64,000 nt of DNA from Anaeroplasma bactoclasticum (GCF_003550015.1 NZ_QXEV01000004.1:50728-114727); one strand, 5' to 3'; counted from the stretch's first letter, positions 1-9,945 are shown. Notes: generated by a model not told the origin, from the sequence alone. Translations and numbers: made by a program.

Positions 1-1284
1 TGCAGCAACACCATTTACACTAAATGAACCATGGATTGCAAGAGTTGCCATATGTACACGACCATCCTTAATGATAGCCATATCATAAGCCTGCTTAGAG
101 TTTGGACCATAAGTCTGAGCAATCTCTAATAATACACGACGGTTAATTTCTTCTGTAATAGTATAGATTCTTGGTAATAATCTCTTGAATAGGTGAACTG
201 GCCACTTTTCAAGTGCTTCTGCTAAGATAGTGTGGTTTGTATAAGCACAGCAGTTCTTAGTAATATTCCAAGCCTCTTCCCAAGGTAAGCCTTCCTCATC
301 AACTAAAATTCTCATTAATTCAGGAACGATTAATGCTGGATGTGTATCGTTGATATGGAATACTACCTTATCAGCTAAATTCTTAACAGTACCGAAAGTC
401 TTCTTATGTAGACGGATAGCTCCGTTAACACCTGCAGCAACAAAGAAATACTGCTGCTTTAAACGAAGTAGCTTACCCTCATCAGTATCATCATTTGGAT
501 AAAGCATAGAAGAAATTTCTCTTAAATTTCTAGCATACTGGAATGCATCATTTTCTGGATATGTTGAAGCTGGTTCAGCACTCCATAATCTTAATGTATT
601 AACGATATGGTTGCCTGCACCAATCATAGGTACATCATAAGGTACTGCCTTTACATATTCAGCATCCTTATGCTCAACAACTAACTTACCATTAACTGTA
701 GACATCTGAATATATCCATAGAATGGAATTTCAACTGCCTGGTCATCCTTACGGATTTCCCAAACATGTACATCCTTTAACCAACGGTCAGGATGCTCAA
801 CCTGATATCCATTAACTACACCCTGCTCGAAGAAACCATAACGGTAACGAATACAGTTACCATGTACAGGTAAACCTAAGGATGCAACAGAATCCATGAA
901 GCAAGCAGCTAAACGGCCTAAACCACCGTTACCTAAACCTGCATCAGACTCCTGGTGCTCAACCTCATTAAGGTCGATACCCATATCATCGAATGCTTCC
1001 TTTACTACATTGTAAACACCAGCATTCATTAGGTTATTTGTAATCATACGGCCAATTAAGAACTCCATAGAGAAGTAATATACCTTCTTAGCCTTTGTAT
1101 CAAATGTAACCTGGTTTGTATTGTTCCAGTCCTTAGCAATATAATATCTAATCATTTCACCAAGTACTACGTACTGCTGATATGGTGTTGACTTTTCAAA
1201 ATCAATAGCATACTTAGCTTCTAAATAAGCCTTGAATGCCTTCTTAAATGTTTCTTTGTCCTTAAAATTAGGATAATTGTTCAT
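1..1284 (-). CDS. glgP: alpha-glucan (glycogen/maltodextrin) phosphorylase, N-terminal part; gene runs out of the window
   Basis: Minus-strand ORF starts at ATG 1284 (RBS GGAGGG). The translation MNNYPNFKDKETFKKAFKAYLEAKYA...EHQESDAGLGNGGLGRLAACFMDS is the GT35 phosphorylase N-terminus. It is absent from the ORF track because it is truncated by the window edge. Confidence 0.85.
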   Translation of the reverse strand, partial: MNNYPNFKDKETFKKAFKAYLEAKYAIDFEKSTPYQQYVVLGEMIRYYIAKDWNNTNQVTFDTKAKKVYYFSMEFLIGRMITNNLMNAGVYNVVKEAFDDMGIDLNEVEHQESDAGLGNGGLGRLAACFMDSVASLGLPVHGNCIRYRYGFFEQGVVNGYQVEHPDRWLKDVHVWEIRKDDQAVEIPFYGYIQMSTVNGKLVVEHKDAEYVKAVPYDVPMIGAGNHIVNTLRLWSAEPASTYPENDAFQYARNLREISSMLYPNDDTDEGKLLRLKQQYFFVAAGVNGAIRLHKKTFGTVKNLADKVVFHINDTHPALIVPELMRILVDEEGLPWEEAWNITKNCCAYTNHTILAEALEKWPVHLFKRLLPRIYTITEEINRRVLLEIAQTYGPNSKQAYDMAIIKDGRVHMATLAIHGSFSVNGVAA

Positions 1285-1434
1285 TATTTGTTTCCCTCCA
1301 TTTTCGAAAACTACCAAAAGCATTGTATCATAATATTTCCGAAACTTTCAACACTTTATCGCAAAAAGTTTCGGAAACGATGAATTTTTATAAAATATAT
1401 TATTTTTATAAAATATATTGAATATATTTAATAA

Positions 1435-3477
1435 TTAAGAAGTTTTCTTTTTTGTTTCTTTTGTGCCACTCTTAGCAGGAGCCTTAACTGCAGGTCTCTT
1501 AGCGGCTTTCTTTTCTGGCTCTTCAGTCTTTTCTACCTTTTTCTTAGGAGCTGCCTTTTTTACAGGCTTTTCTTCTTTTTCCTCTTTAACCTCTTCTACA
1601 ACTGGCTTTGGTACATAAATAGGCTTTAGAATAGAAATACCTAAAGGTGGAATTGTCATTAAAATAGAATGTGCCTGATTGTCCTGACCATAATCCTGAA
1701 CAGGTAAATGGAATGGATTGATTCTATTAGAACCACCATAAATATCCTTATCAGAGTTAATTACCTCTTCATAGAAATCAGCCTCAGGTACACCAATTCT
1801 ATAATTATCATATGTATTAGGTGTACAGTTCATTACAACTACTAATTGATCCTTTGGATCATTTGCAACTCTTGCGAAGATATATAAGGATTGATCTGCA
1901 TTATCTGCTTGAATCCAATAGAATCCATTTGTAGAGTAATCTGCTTGCCATAATGGTGCATGATACTTATATACTAATGTCATATCACGAACAAATCTTG
2001 CAGATGCGTCATGATCTGGGTATTGACGGATATTCCATGCAAGCTCACCCTCATAATGCCATTCATCATAAGTTGATAATTCATCTCCCATGAATAATAG
2101 CTTCTTTCCTGGATGAGTAAACATATATCCTAATAATAATCTATAGTTTGCAAATTGCTGCCATCTATCACCTGGCATCTTATTTAATAAAGAGCCCTTG
2201 CAGTGAACTACCTCATCATGAGATAGTGGTAAGCAGAACTGCTCACTATAAAAATACATCATAGAGAATGTTAACTGGTGATGATGATACTTTCTATAGA
2301 TTGGGTCTAGCTTGAAATACTTTAATGTATCGTTCATCCAACCCATATCCCACTTATAGTTAAATCCTAGTCCACCAAAATCAACTGGCTTTGTTACATT
2401 ACCATAGGCACTAGAATCCTCTGCCATAAATAGAACTCTATCATCCTTACCAAAGATTAATCTAGAGCATTGTCTTAAGAAATCACATGCTCCTTCATTA
2501 ACACCACGGTTGCAGTTTCCTAACCAGTAAATTAAATTACTTACTGCATCTACACGGAAACCATCAATATGGAAATAATTCATATAGAACATTGCGTTAG
2601 AGAATAGGAATGATCTTGTTGTACCCTTACCTAAGTCTAGGTTTGCAGTTCCCCATTCAACATTTTCTCTATCTTCAGGTTTAGAATACTCATATAATGG
2701 AGTACCATCAAACATATATAAACCATGGGCATCACGGCAAATATGGCCAGGAACCCAGTCCATAATTACACCAATACCATTTTGGTGACATAAGTCAACA
2801 AAATACATGAAGTCTTTAGGAACTCCCCATCTTGCAGATACAGAATAATAACCTGTACCCTGGTAACCCCAAGACATATCTAGTGGATGCTCATAAACAG
2901 GCATTACCTCAACATGAGTAAATCCATACTGCTTTATATAATCTACAACCATTGGAGCAAGCTCAGCAGTTGTATAGAATGAACCATCTGGTTTCTTTCT
3001 CCAAGATCCTAAATGCATTTCATAAATTGCTAAAGGCTTATCATAACTCTTTTCATGTGTGAACATCCAATCCTGGTCATTCCACCAATAGCCATCAATA
3101 TCATAAACCTTAGAATCCTGTGCAGGACGATATGCACTGAAGAATGCATATGGGTCAGCCTTAATTAAACGCTGTCCATTCTTTGTGTAGATGACATACT
3201 TATATGCCTTCCACTCATAATTACCTTCAATTCTTGCATACCAAATACCCTTCTCATCGATGCAATACATCTCTGTTTGGCCCTCTTGATAGTAGTTCCA
3301 TTCACCGATGATGTAAATCTTGTCAGCATTTGGTGCATATAGTGCAAATTCACATGCACAAATATAACCATTTTCATCCTTTACTAAATGTGCACCAAAT
3401 ACCTGATAAGCATCAGTTACCTTTCCTTGGTCAAAATAATAAAGGAAATCTCCATTAATTTTTTCACGAACAGACAT
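1435..3477 (-). CDS. glgB: 1,4-alpha-glucan branching enzyme carrying an unusual Lys/Ala/Pro-rich C-terminal tail
   Basis: GH13 catalytic core motifs (DWVPGH, GFRVDAV, EDSS) are present. The likely true start is MSVREKING at 3477 with an AAGGAGTG RBS. The last ~60 aa are KPVVEEVKEEKEEKPVKKAAPKKKVEKTEEPEKKAAKRPAVKAPAKSGTKETKKKTS. Confidence 0.85.
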   Translation of the reverse strand: MSVREKINGDFLYYFDQGKVTDAYQVFGAHLVKDENGYICACEFALYAPNADKIYIIGEWNYYQEGQTEMYCIDEKGIWYARIEGNYEWKAYKYVIYTKNGQRLIKADPYAFFSAYRPAQDSKVYDIDGYWWNDQDWMFTHEKSYDKPLAIYEMHLGSWRKKPDGSFYTTAELAPMVVDYIKQYGFTHVEVMPVYEHPLDMSWGYQGTGYYSVSARWGVPKDFMYFVDLCHQNGIGVIMDWVPGHICRDAHGLYMFDGTPLYEYSKPEDRENVEWGTANLDLGKGTTRSFLFSNAMFYMNYFHIDGFRVDAVSNLIYWLGNCNRGVNEGACDFLRQCSRLIFGKDDRVLFMAEDSSAYGNVTKPVDFGGLGFNYKWDMGWMNDTLKYFKLDPIYRKYHHHQLTFSMMYFYSEQFCLPLSHDEVVHCKGSLLNKMPGDRWQQFANYRLLLGYMFTHPGKKLLFMGDELSTYDEWHYEGELAWNIRQYPDHDASARFVRDMTLVYKYHAPLWQADYSTNGFYWIQADNADQSLYIFARVANDPKDQLVVVMNCTPNTYDNYRIGVPEADFYEEVINSDKDIYGGSNRINPFHLPVQDYGQDNQAHSILMTIPPLGISILKPIYVPKPVVEEVKEEKEEKPVKKAAPKKKVEKTEEPEKKAAKRPAVKAPAKSGTKETKKKTS

Positions 3478-3555
3478 AATTTCACTCCTTCTCTCTTTAT
3501 ATCGTAACGCAGTTACTATTATTATATTATAGAATTCACAATTTAACAAGTTAAA

Positions 3556-4149
3556 TTAGAACAGGAAAACAATTTCAGAGTAAGTATATCCTCTAGATAA
3601 AAGATAAGCTTTTAGCTTCTCTTTTTTAATATATGGATCATATTTATCATACTTATGGGAAACCTTTTGATATAGCTTAATTAAGCCATTTTTATATTCC
3701 TCCATATCCATATATTCCATTCTTTCTTCTATGTCCTTCTTATAAAAGCCTCTTTGATAAAGCTTTTCTTTAATTAATGCCTTGCCATTACCCTTTCTAG
3801 ATAAAAATAAAATAATAGAATCAATTAAATCATTATCATTTAAAATTTTATTCTTTTTCATCTTATCGATGATTTGATTAATTCCTTCTTTAGAGACTTC
3901 TTTATTCTTTAAATACTCTCTAACCTTAACCTCACCTTTAGCATATCTAATTTGATAACTACAAGCTTTAGAATAAAAGCTTTGAAGTTCTTCTCTCTTC
4001 AAAGCATTTTTTAATTCTTCTTCATTTGTTTCGTGACCTAAGGTCATACGGTATTCTACTATAGTATCCTCACTAAAAAGATATTCCTTACCTAAAACTG
4101 TAATTTTATACATTCCTTTTTTGGTTTTCTCTATCTTTTCAACAAGCAT
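3556..4149 (-). CDS. recX: RecX family regulatory protein
   Basis: 197 aa, Lys-rich helical-repeat protein of RecX size and composition. Its start overlaps the stop of the upstream YitT gene. Confidence 0.55.
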   Translation of the reverse strand: MLVEKIEKTKKGMYKITVLGKEYLFSEDTIVEYRMTLGHETNEEELKNALKREELQSFYSKACSYQIRYAKGEVKVREYLKNKEVSKEGINQIIDKMKKNKILNDNDLIDSIILFLSRKGNGKALIKEKLYQRGFYKKDIEERMEYMDMEEYKNGLIKLYQKVSHKYDKYDPYIKKEKLKAYLLSRGYTYSEIVFLF

Positions 4150-5114
4150 TAAAATAAACCTCTCTTATCATATTCGCCACGAACCTCTTTACAAGAGGTT
4201 ACAAAAGTAAATGCCTTAGGATCTACTTTAGAAATCATACCAACAATTCGATAAGCCTCATTCTTATCCATTGTACAAATAACCATTGTTCTTTCTTTAT
4301 TTGTATATGCTCCTTGTACAGGAGAGAAGGTAACTCCTCTATCAAGCTCTGTATAGATTAAATTCTTAATATCCTGTGGATTATCAGAAACTACATATAC
4401 TGTTCTTCTTGGCTTAATAGATAATGCAATATAATCAATGATATATGCCTCAATGATTACTGCAACAGAACCAAATACAACAAATTCGATATTATATGCG
4501 AAAGGATTAAAGGATAAACCAGCTAAAACAACAATTACCCAATCGGTAAAATACATTGTTTGAGATAGTGGTATCTTTGCATATTTTGAAATGATTTTTT
4601 GAACGACATCAATACCACCAGTAGATCCATCATGTCTTAATGCAACACCTACACCAGCACCAGTTAAAATAGCTCCTAGTGCCATACACATTAAAGAACG
4701 ATTTCCTTCGCTTATTGAATAATAGATTACCTCTTTTTCAACTACTAATTCTAACAAGAAAACAAGTGTTGGAAATAATAAAGAAGCATAAACTGTTTTT
4801 ATAAAGAATTCCTTACCAATAAAAACTAAACCTAAAATTAAACATATTGCTTCAAGTCCGTAAATAAAATAGGAATCTTTAAACCATTCTATATTGTGCC
4901 AAACTGGTTCAAAAATAATTGAAATACCACTGACTCCACCAGCGACTATTTTTGCTGGAGAAAAGAAAAAGTAATATCCAATTGTAGTAAGTATTACACC
5001 AAATGTAATCCAAGCATATTGCATAAGCCACTTTTTATAATTAGACTTATTTTTCTTTTCGATAACTTTAATTTCTTCTAAAGCTTCCTTTTTTTCATTA
5101 TTCATTTTTAGCAC
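4149..5114 (-). CDS. YitT/DUF161 family membrane protein (C-terminal DUF2179-like)
   Basis: Multi-TM N-terminus with a GGVSGISII motif and a soluble C-terminal domain, typical of YitT. Confidence 0.6.
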   Translation of the reverse strand: MLKMNNEKKEALEEIKVIEKKNKSNYKKWLMQYAWITFGVILTTIGYYFFFSPAKIVAGGVSGISIIFEPVWHNIEWFKDSYFIYGLEAICLILGLVFIGKEFFIKTVYASLLFPTLVFLLELVVEKEVIYYSISEGNRSLMCMALGAILTGAGVGVALRHDGSTGGIDVVQKIISKYAKIPLSQTMYFTDWVIVVLAGLSFNPFAYNIEFVVFGSVAVIIEAYIIDYIALSIKPRRTVYVVSDNPQDIKNLIYTELDRGVTFSPVQGAYTNKERTMVICTMDKNEAYRIVGMISKVDPKAFTFVTSCKEVRGEYDKRGLF

Positions 5115-6204
5115 CAGCCTTCATCTTTAAATATTCAAGCATAAAACCTTCAATATCGCCATCCATTACAGCAGTAATATTTCCCATTTCATAATCGGTT
5201 CTATGGTCTTTTACTAATGTGTATGGACAAAAAACATAAGAACGAATTTGAGAACCAAAATTGATACCCATTTGTTCTCCTTTTTCTTTAGCTAATTCCT
5301 CTTCTTGTTTTTTAATTTCAAGCTCTAATAGCTTTGATTTTAATAAAGTCATAGCAATTTCTTTATTTCTAATTTGACTTCTTTCCTTTTGACAAGCAAC
5401 AAATAAGCCTGTAGGCTTATGTGTAACTCTTACTGCAGAATATGTTGTATTAACACCTTGTCCACCAGGACCTGAAGAACAGAATGTATCAATTCTTAAA
5501 TCCTCTTCAGGAATTACAATATCATTTGTTTCTTCTATTTGTGGTGCAATTTCACAGCTACAGAAGGATGTATGACGTCTCGCATTTGAATCAAATGGAG
5601 AAATACGTACCAAGCGGTGTACACCACGCTCTGCCTTAAGAAGGCCATAGGCATATGGTCCTTCAATGGATAATGTTACGGATTTAATACCAGCCTCATC
5701 TCCAGCTTGGAAATCAATCACATTACATTTAAATCCCTTTCTAGCACAAAATCTAGTATACATTCTATATAGCATATCTGCCCAGTCCATAGATTCTGTT
5801 CCACCAGCACCAGGGTGTAATTCTAAAATACAATTATTAAAATCATATTTTCCTGTAAATAAAGCTTTTTCTTCTAAGGAAGCCATATATTTTTTAAATT
5901 CTTCTATGGATTCTTCAAGCATCATCATAGCATCTGTATCCTCTAAAGCTAAATCTACCATATCAGATATATCCTTATACTGTGTATTTGCAGTGGTATA
6001 GCTTAAAACGGTATCTCTTAAGGCATTTGCTTCAACAATAATGGCTTGAGCACGCTTTTGGTCATTCCAAAATTCTGGGCTTGCAATTTCATCATTTAAT
6101 TTTTTAAGCTTTGGTTCTTTTTCTTCAATCTGTAAAGCCTGATACATATCGCTAAGCTTTTGTTTATACTCTTCTAAAAATTTATGAATCTCATACTTTT
6201 CCAT
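5098..6204 (-). CDS. prfB: peptide chain release factor 2, encoded in one continuous frame
   Basis: SPF tripeptide (RISPFDSNARR) and the GGQ motif (SSGPGGQGVNTT) are present. The 368 aa are uninterrupted, so there is no programmed +1 frameshift. Confidence 0.9.
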   Translation of the reverse strand: MEKYEIHKFLEEYKQKLSDMYQALQIEEKEPKLKKLNDEIASPEFWNDQKRAQAIIVEANALRDTVLSYTTANTQYKDISDMVDLALEDTDAMMMLEESIEEFKKYMASLEEKALFTGKYDFNNCILELHPGAGGTESMDWADMLYRMYTRFCARKGFKCNVIDFQAGDEAGIKSVTLSIEGPYAYGLLKAERGVHRLVRISPFDSNARRHTSFCSCEIAPQIEETNDIVIPEEDLRIDTFCSSGPGGQGVNTTYSAVRVTHKPTGLFVACQKERSQIRNKEIAMTLLKSKLLELEIKKQEEELAKEKGEQMGINFGSQIRSYVFCPYTLVKDHRTDYEMGNITAVMDGDIEGFMLEYLKMKAGAKNE

Positions 6205-6261
6205 AAAAATCTCCTTTCCGACAAAAAGGACTTAAAATTTAACATTTCAAGTCCTTAAAAA

Positions 6262-7422
6262 TCACTTTAATGTTTTAATAAATTCCTCTACTCGGGCCAA
6301 GGCCTTCTTTAAATCATCGATAGAATATGCATAAGAGATTCTTATGAATCCCTCACCAGATTCACCAAATGCAGAACCAGGTACAACAACTACCTTTTGC
6401 TCTTTTAATAATTTAATCGCAAATTCTTCGCTACTCATACCAAATTTACGAATGTCAGGGAATACATAGAATGCTCCCTTAGGTGTGAAGCAAGGAAGGC
6501 CCATTTCCTTGAATCGATAAAGAAGATATCTTCTTCTTTCATCATATGCTTCACGCATATATGTTACATCACTATCCCCATTTCTTAATGCTTCAACTGC
6601 AGCATGCTGGCTTGTAATAGGTGCACACATAATACAAAATTGATGAATTTTAATCATCTGACGAATAATTTCGCTAGGTCCTACTGCAAATCCAAGTCTC
6701 CAGCCTGTCATTGCATAGGATTTAGAAAAACCATTGATTAAAATAGTTCTTTCCTTCATCCCAGGAATTTCTGCAATAGATACATGATTTCCAAAGTAGG
6801 TTAGTTCACTATAAATCTCATCAGAGATTACAACTAAATCATGTTCTATAACTACCTTAGCAATTTCTTCTAAGTCTTTTCTTTCCATAATAGCCCCTGT
6901 TGGGTTATTAGGGAAATTCATTAATAATATCTTACTTTTAGGAGTAATTGCTTCTTCAAGCTCTTTTGCAGTTAAGCGGAATTCATTTTCATTTTTAAGC
7001 GGAATTGTTTTAACCTTAGCTCCTGCCATAATTGCACAAGGCTCATAGGATACATAGCATGGAGTAGTAATAATTACCTCATCGCCATCTTCAATCATAG
7101 CTCTTAAGGCAATATCAATTGCTTCACTACCACCAACAGTAACTAATACGTCACTATCCCACTTATAATCTAAATTATTTTTTCTTTTTAAATAATTACA
7201 TATTTCAATTCTTAAGTCCTTTAATCCAGCATTCGAAGTATAATGTGTCTTTCCTCTTTCTAAAGAATAGATACCTTCTTCTCTTATATGCCATGGTGTA
7301 TCGAAATCCGGTTCTCCAACACCTAAAGAAATACAGCCTTCAATTTCAGATGCGATATCAAAGAATTTACGGATTCCACTTGGCTTTAAATCTAGGACTT
7401 TCTTTGCAAGAAAGTTTCGCAT
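6262..7422 (-). CDS. class I PLP-dependent aminotransferase (aspartate/aromatic type)
   Basis: 386 aa with SGIRKF near the N-terminus and the NFPNNPTG and SKSYAMTGWRLG (Lys-PLP) motifs. Confidence 0.8.
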   Translation of the reverse strand: MRNFLAKKVLDLKPSGIRKFFDIASEIEGCISLGVGEPDFDTPWHIREEGIYSLERGKTHYTSNAGLKDLRIEICNYLKRKNNLDYKWDSDVLVTVGGSEAIDIALRAMIEDGDEVIITTPCYVSYEPCAIMAGAKVKTIPLKNENEFRLTAKELEEAITPKSKILLMNFPNNPTGAIMERKDLEEIAKVVIEHDLVVISDEIYSELTYFGNHVSIAEIPGMKERTILINGFSKSYAMTGWRLGFAVGPSEIIRQMIKIHQFCIMCAPITSQHAAVEALRNGDSDVTYMREAYDERRRYLLYRFKEMGLPCFTPKGAFYVFPDIRKFGMSSEEFAIKLLKEQKVVVVPGSAFGESGEGFIRISYAYSIDDLKKALARVEEFIKTLK

Positions 7423-7916
7423 TATGCACTCACCAACATACGTTCATCTTTCTTTTCTTCATAAAGATCTACACCATGATCCTTATACTTCTTTAATACG
7501 AAGTGAGTTGCAGTAGATAAGATATAATCTAAGGTAGAAAGCTTATCAAAGACAAATCTTGCAACTTCCTTCATAGATTTTCCTTCAATAAATACTGCAA
7601 AGTCAAAGCCACCACTCATTAAATAACAGCTTGTAACTTCAGGGAATTTAGAAATTCTATCTGCGATAGAATCAAATCCAATTCCTCTTTGTGGAGTAAC
7701 CTTAACCTCTATTAATGCTGTAACTATTTCCTTTGATGTGTTATCCCAATTGATTAGGGTAGTATATCCACAAATAATATGTTCTTTCTCCATTTGGGCG
7801 ACTTCATTGGCGACCATAGCCTCTTCAACCCCTAGCATAACAGATAAGTCATGTAGGTCAATACGGCTATTTGATTCAAGATTTCTTAAAATTTTTTCTC
7901 TCATTAAATCGTTCAT
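7422..7916 (-). CDS. Lrp/AsnC family transcriptional regulator
   Basis: An HTH N-terminus plus a RAM domain. The likely start is MNDLMREKIL at 7916; the ORF-track N-extension is probably spurious. It sits immediately upstream of the aminotransferase. Confidence 0.7.
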   Translation of the reverse strand: MNDLMREKILRNLESNSRIDLHDLSVMLGVEEAMVANEVAQMEKEHIICGYTTLINWDNTSKEIVTALIEVKVTPQRGIGFDSIADRISKFPEVTSCYLMSGGFDFAVFIEGKSMKEVARFVFDKLSTLDYILSTATHFVLKKYKDHGVDLYEEKKDERMLVSA

Positions 7917-8040
7917 AAAATCATACCTCCAAATAAAAAGCAATATTTTCCTAATTATATCACTTAAAGTGATAGAATTCAATTCTATTAACTCCTTGTG
8001 AAATGAAATAAAACTTTGTATAATCATAAAAGGTGATAGA

Positions 8041-8637
8041 ATGCAGATTAAAAGAGATAGATGTGATAATTTTTATACATTTGATAATAAAGCCTTAGGA
8101 AATTGCTTTACAGTGTATAATGGAAAAGAAATTTATCATTATGAATTTGAGATTAATCAAAATCAAGCTTTAGTAAAATATGATAGTATTATATTTATCA
8201 AGGATGCTATAAATGAATTTAGAAAATATAATAAAAATGTCATTAGATTTTATAATTCAGATAGAAGCTTTTATTTAGGATTTGATGAAATCCAAACATT
8301 TAAGCTTCCTATAGATATCTTACAGCCTTCAAAATTCTTTATAGATATGGATAAATATAAGGCTATTGAAAAGCACTTAGAAAACGAAACATTTGTTGTG
8401 CCTGTATGTATCATCGATGATGAATATGTCCTACTTGATGGTCATGCAAGAGTGAGATATTTGATAGATAATTATATCAAAATGATAGACGTTTATATGG
8501 ACAATCCTTCTATCAATGTACAAAATTATGTGTATATTGCAAAAGAAAATAACCTTTTTAAGGTTAAAAACATGGAAATACTTCCTCACGAGGAATATTT
8601 AGAATATTTAGAACAAACCGGAATAGAGGATAATTAA
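8041..8637 (+). CDS. hypothetical protein with a ParB/Srx-like nuclease-fold motif
   Basis: 198 aa. The segment FVVPVCIIDDEYVLLDGHARVRYL resembles the ParB N-terminal GxxR box. It is an orphan plus-strand gene between minus-strand operons. Confidence 0.35.
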   Translation: MQIKRDRCDNFYTFDNKALGNCFTVYNGKEIYHYEFEINQNQALVKYDSIIFIKDAINEFRKYNKNVIRFYNSDRSFYLGFDEIQTFKLPIDILQPSKFFIDMDKYKAIEKHLENETFVVPVCIIDDEYVLLDGHARVRYLIDNYIKMIDVYMDNPSINVQNYVYIAKENNLFKVKNMEILPHEEYLEYLEQTGIEDN

Positions 8638-8640
8638 AAG

Positions 8641-8668
8641 GGAAAACCAATATGGGTTTTCCCTTAAT
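8641..8668. terminator. bidirectional rho-independent terminator
   Basis: AAGGGAAAACC-aatat-GGGTTTTCCCTT, flanked by A/T runs, lies between the converging 8041..8637 gene and obg. Confidence 0.6.
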
Positions 8669-8670
8669 TT

Positions 8671-9945
8671 TTACTCTATGAATTCAAATTCAATATCATA
8701 AATTCTTACAGTATCGCCATTTTTAACGCCAAGTTTTCTTAATGCATCATCTACACCATAAGCTCTTAACTGACGTGCAAAACGGTATCTTGCAGTATCA
8801 GAATCAAAGTCAGTCATTTCAATAACTCTTCTAATCTTATCTCCTGTAATGTTATAAACACCATCATCCTGCTTTTCGATAACAAATGGCTTCTTTTCTT
8901 CTTCTAAGCCATATTCAACAACATCAAGCTCATCCTCTTCAAATAAGCTAAATGCCTCTGTAGAATCTAATGTATCTGCAATCTTATAAAGTAGTGCATC
9001 TAGGTTTTCCTTTGTATATGCACTAATTTCATAAATAGGTACATCTACCTTCTTCTTGAATTCCTCTAAATTCTCTTTAGCTCCTGGTAGATCCATCTTA
9101 TTTGCAACAACAATCATAGGACGGTTTGCAAGATTCATCTTGTATTCCTTTAATTCGTTATTAATAATAACATAATCAGAATATGGATCTCTACCATCTA
9201 CTGCAGCCATATCTACAATATGAACGATAACCTTACATCTTTCAATGTGTCTTAAAAACTGAAGTCCTAAGCCAGCACCCTCATGTGCTCCTTCGATGAT
9301 ACCTGGTAAGTCTGCCATAACGAAATCTCTACCATCAGATAAACGTACCATACCTAGGTTTGGCTGTAATGTAGTAAAGTGGTAAGCTGCAATTTTAGGT
9401 CTAGCCTGGCTTACTGCAGAAATTAATGTAGACTTACCTACACTAGGGAAGCCAACGAGTCCACAGTCAGCTAAAACTCTTAATTCACAGCGAATAAATT
9501 TATGCTCACCTGGTTCTCCTTTTTCGCAGAAATCAGGGCACTTAATTACACCATTTGCAAATGCCATATTACCACGGCCACCTCTACCACCCTTACAAAC
9601 AATTACCTCTTGCTTGTTTTCAGTGATATCGCCAATAACCTTACCATTATCATCATCAAAAATAGTTGTACCAACAGGAACCCTAATATAGGTATTTTCA
9701 GCATTAGCGCCATACATACCCTTATTCTTACCCTTTTCACCAGGATTTCCTTTTACAACCTTATTGTATCTTAAATCTAATAATGTTGACATACCCTCAT
9801 CGCCAATAAAGATGACAGAGCCACCCTTACCACCAGAACCACCATATGGTCCTCCGCGCTCAACTTTAAGCTCTCTACGGTATGCAACTATACCATCACC
9901 GCCCTTACCAGCAGTGATTTCCATTGTAGCGGAATCTATAAACAT
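8671..9945 (-). CDS. obg: GTPase Obg
   Basis: Gly-rich Obg fold N-terminus (AGKGGDGIVAYRRE...GGSGGKGG), a G domain (GFPSVGKST, DLPGII) and a TGS-like C-terminus. Confidence 0.9.
   Translation of the reverse strand: MFIDSATMEITAGKGGDGIVAYRRELKVERGGPYGGSGGKGGSVIFIGDEGMSTLLDLRYNKVVKGNPGEKGKNKGMYGANAENTYIRVPVGTTIFDDDNGKVIGDITENKQEVIVCKGGRGGRGNMAFANGVIKCPDFCEKGEPGEHKFIRCELRVLADCGLVGFPSVGKSTLISAVSQARPKIAAYHFTTLQPNLGMVRLSDGRDFVMADLPGIIEGAHEGAGLGLQFLRHIERCKVIVHIVDMAAVDGRDPYSDYVIINNELKEYKMNLANRPMIVVANKMDLPGAKENLEEFKKKVDVPIYEISAYTKENLDALLYKIADTLDSTEAFSLFEEDELDVVEYGLEEEKKPFVIEKQDDGVYNITGDKIRRVIEMTDFDSDTARYRFARQLRAYGVDDALRKLGVKNGDTVRIYDIEFEFIE

Noticed and set aside
3165-3377. 70-aa same-strand ORF nested in glgB
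   Set aside because: It is an alternative frame within a conserved enzyme gene. The glgB frame carries all the recognisable motifs.
2-4150. N-terminal extensions given by the ORF track for glgB, the Lrp regulator, potD, the LysR regulator, carD, speA, aguA and aguB
   Set aside because: In each case a downstream Met or GTG start with a good Shine-Dalgarno sequence and the conserved family N-terminus indicates that the upstream extension is not translated.
5666-6001. 111-aa plus-strand ORF inside prfB
   Set aside because: It lies entirely antisense to a well-conserved gene and has no RBS. It is a chance open frame in AT-rich DNA.
5098-6204. Expected programmed frameshift site in prfB
   Set aside because: It was looked for, but the protein is continuous in one frame, so no frameshift feature is reported.
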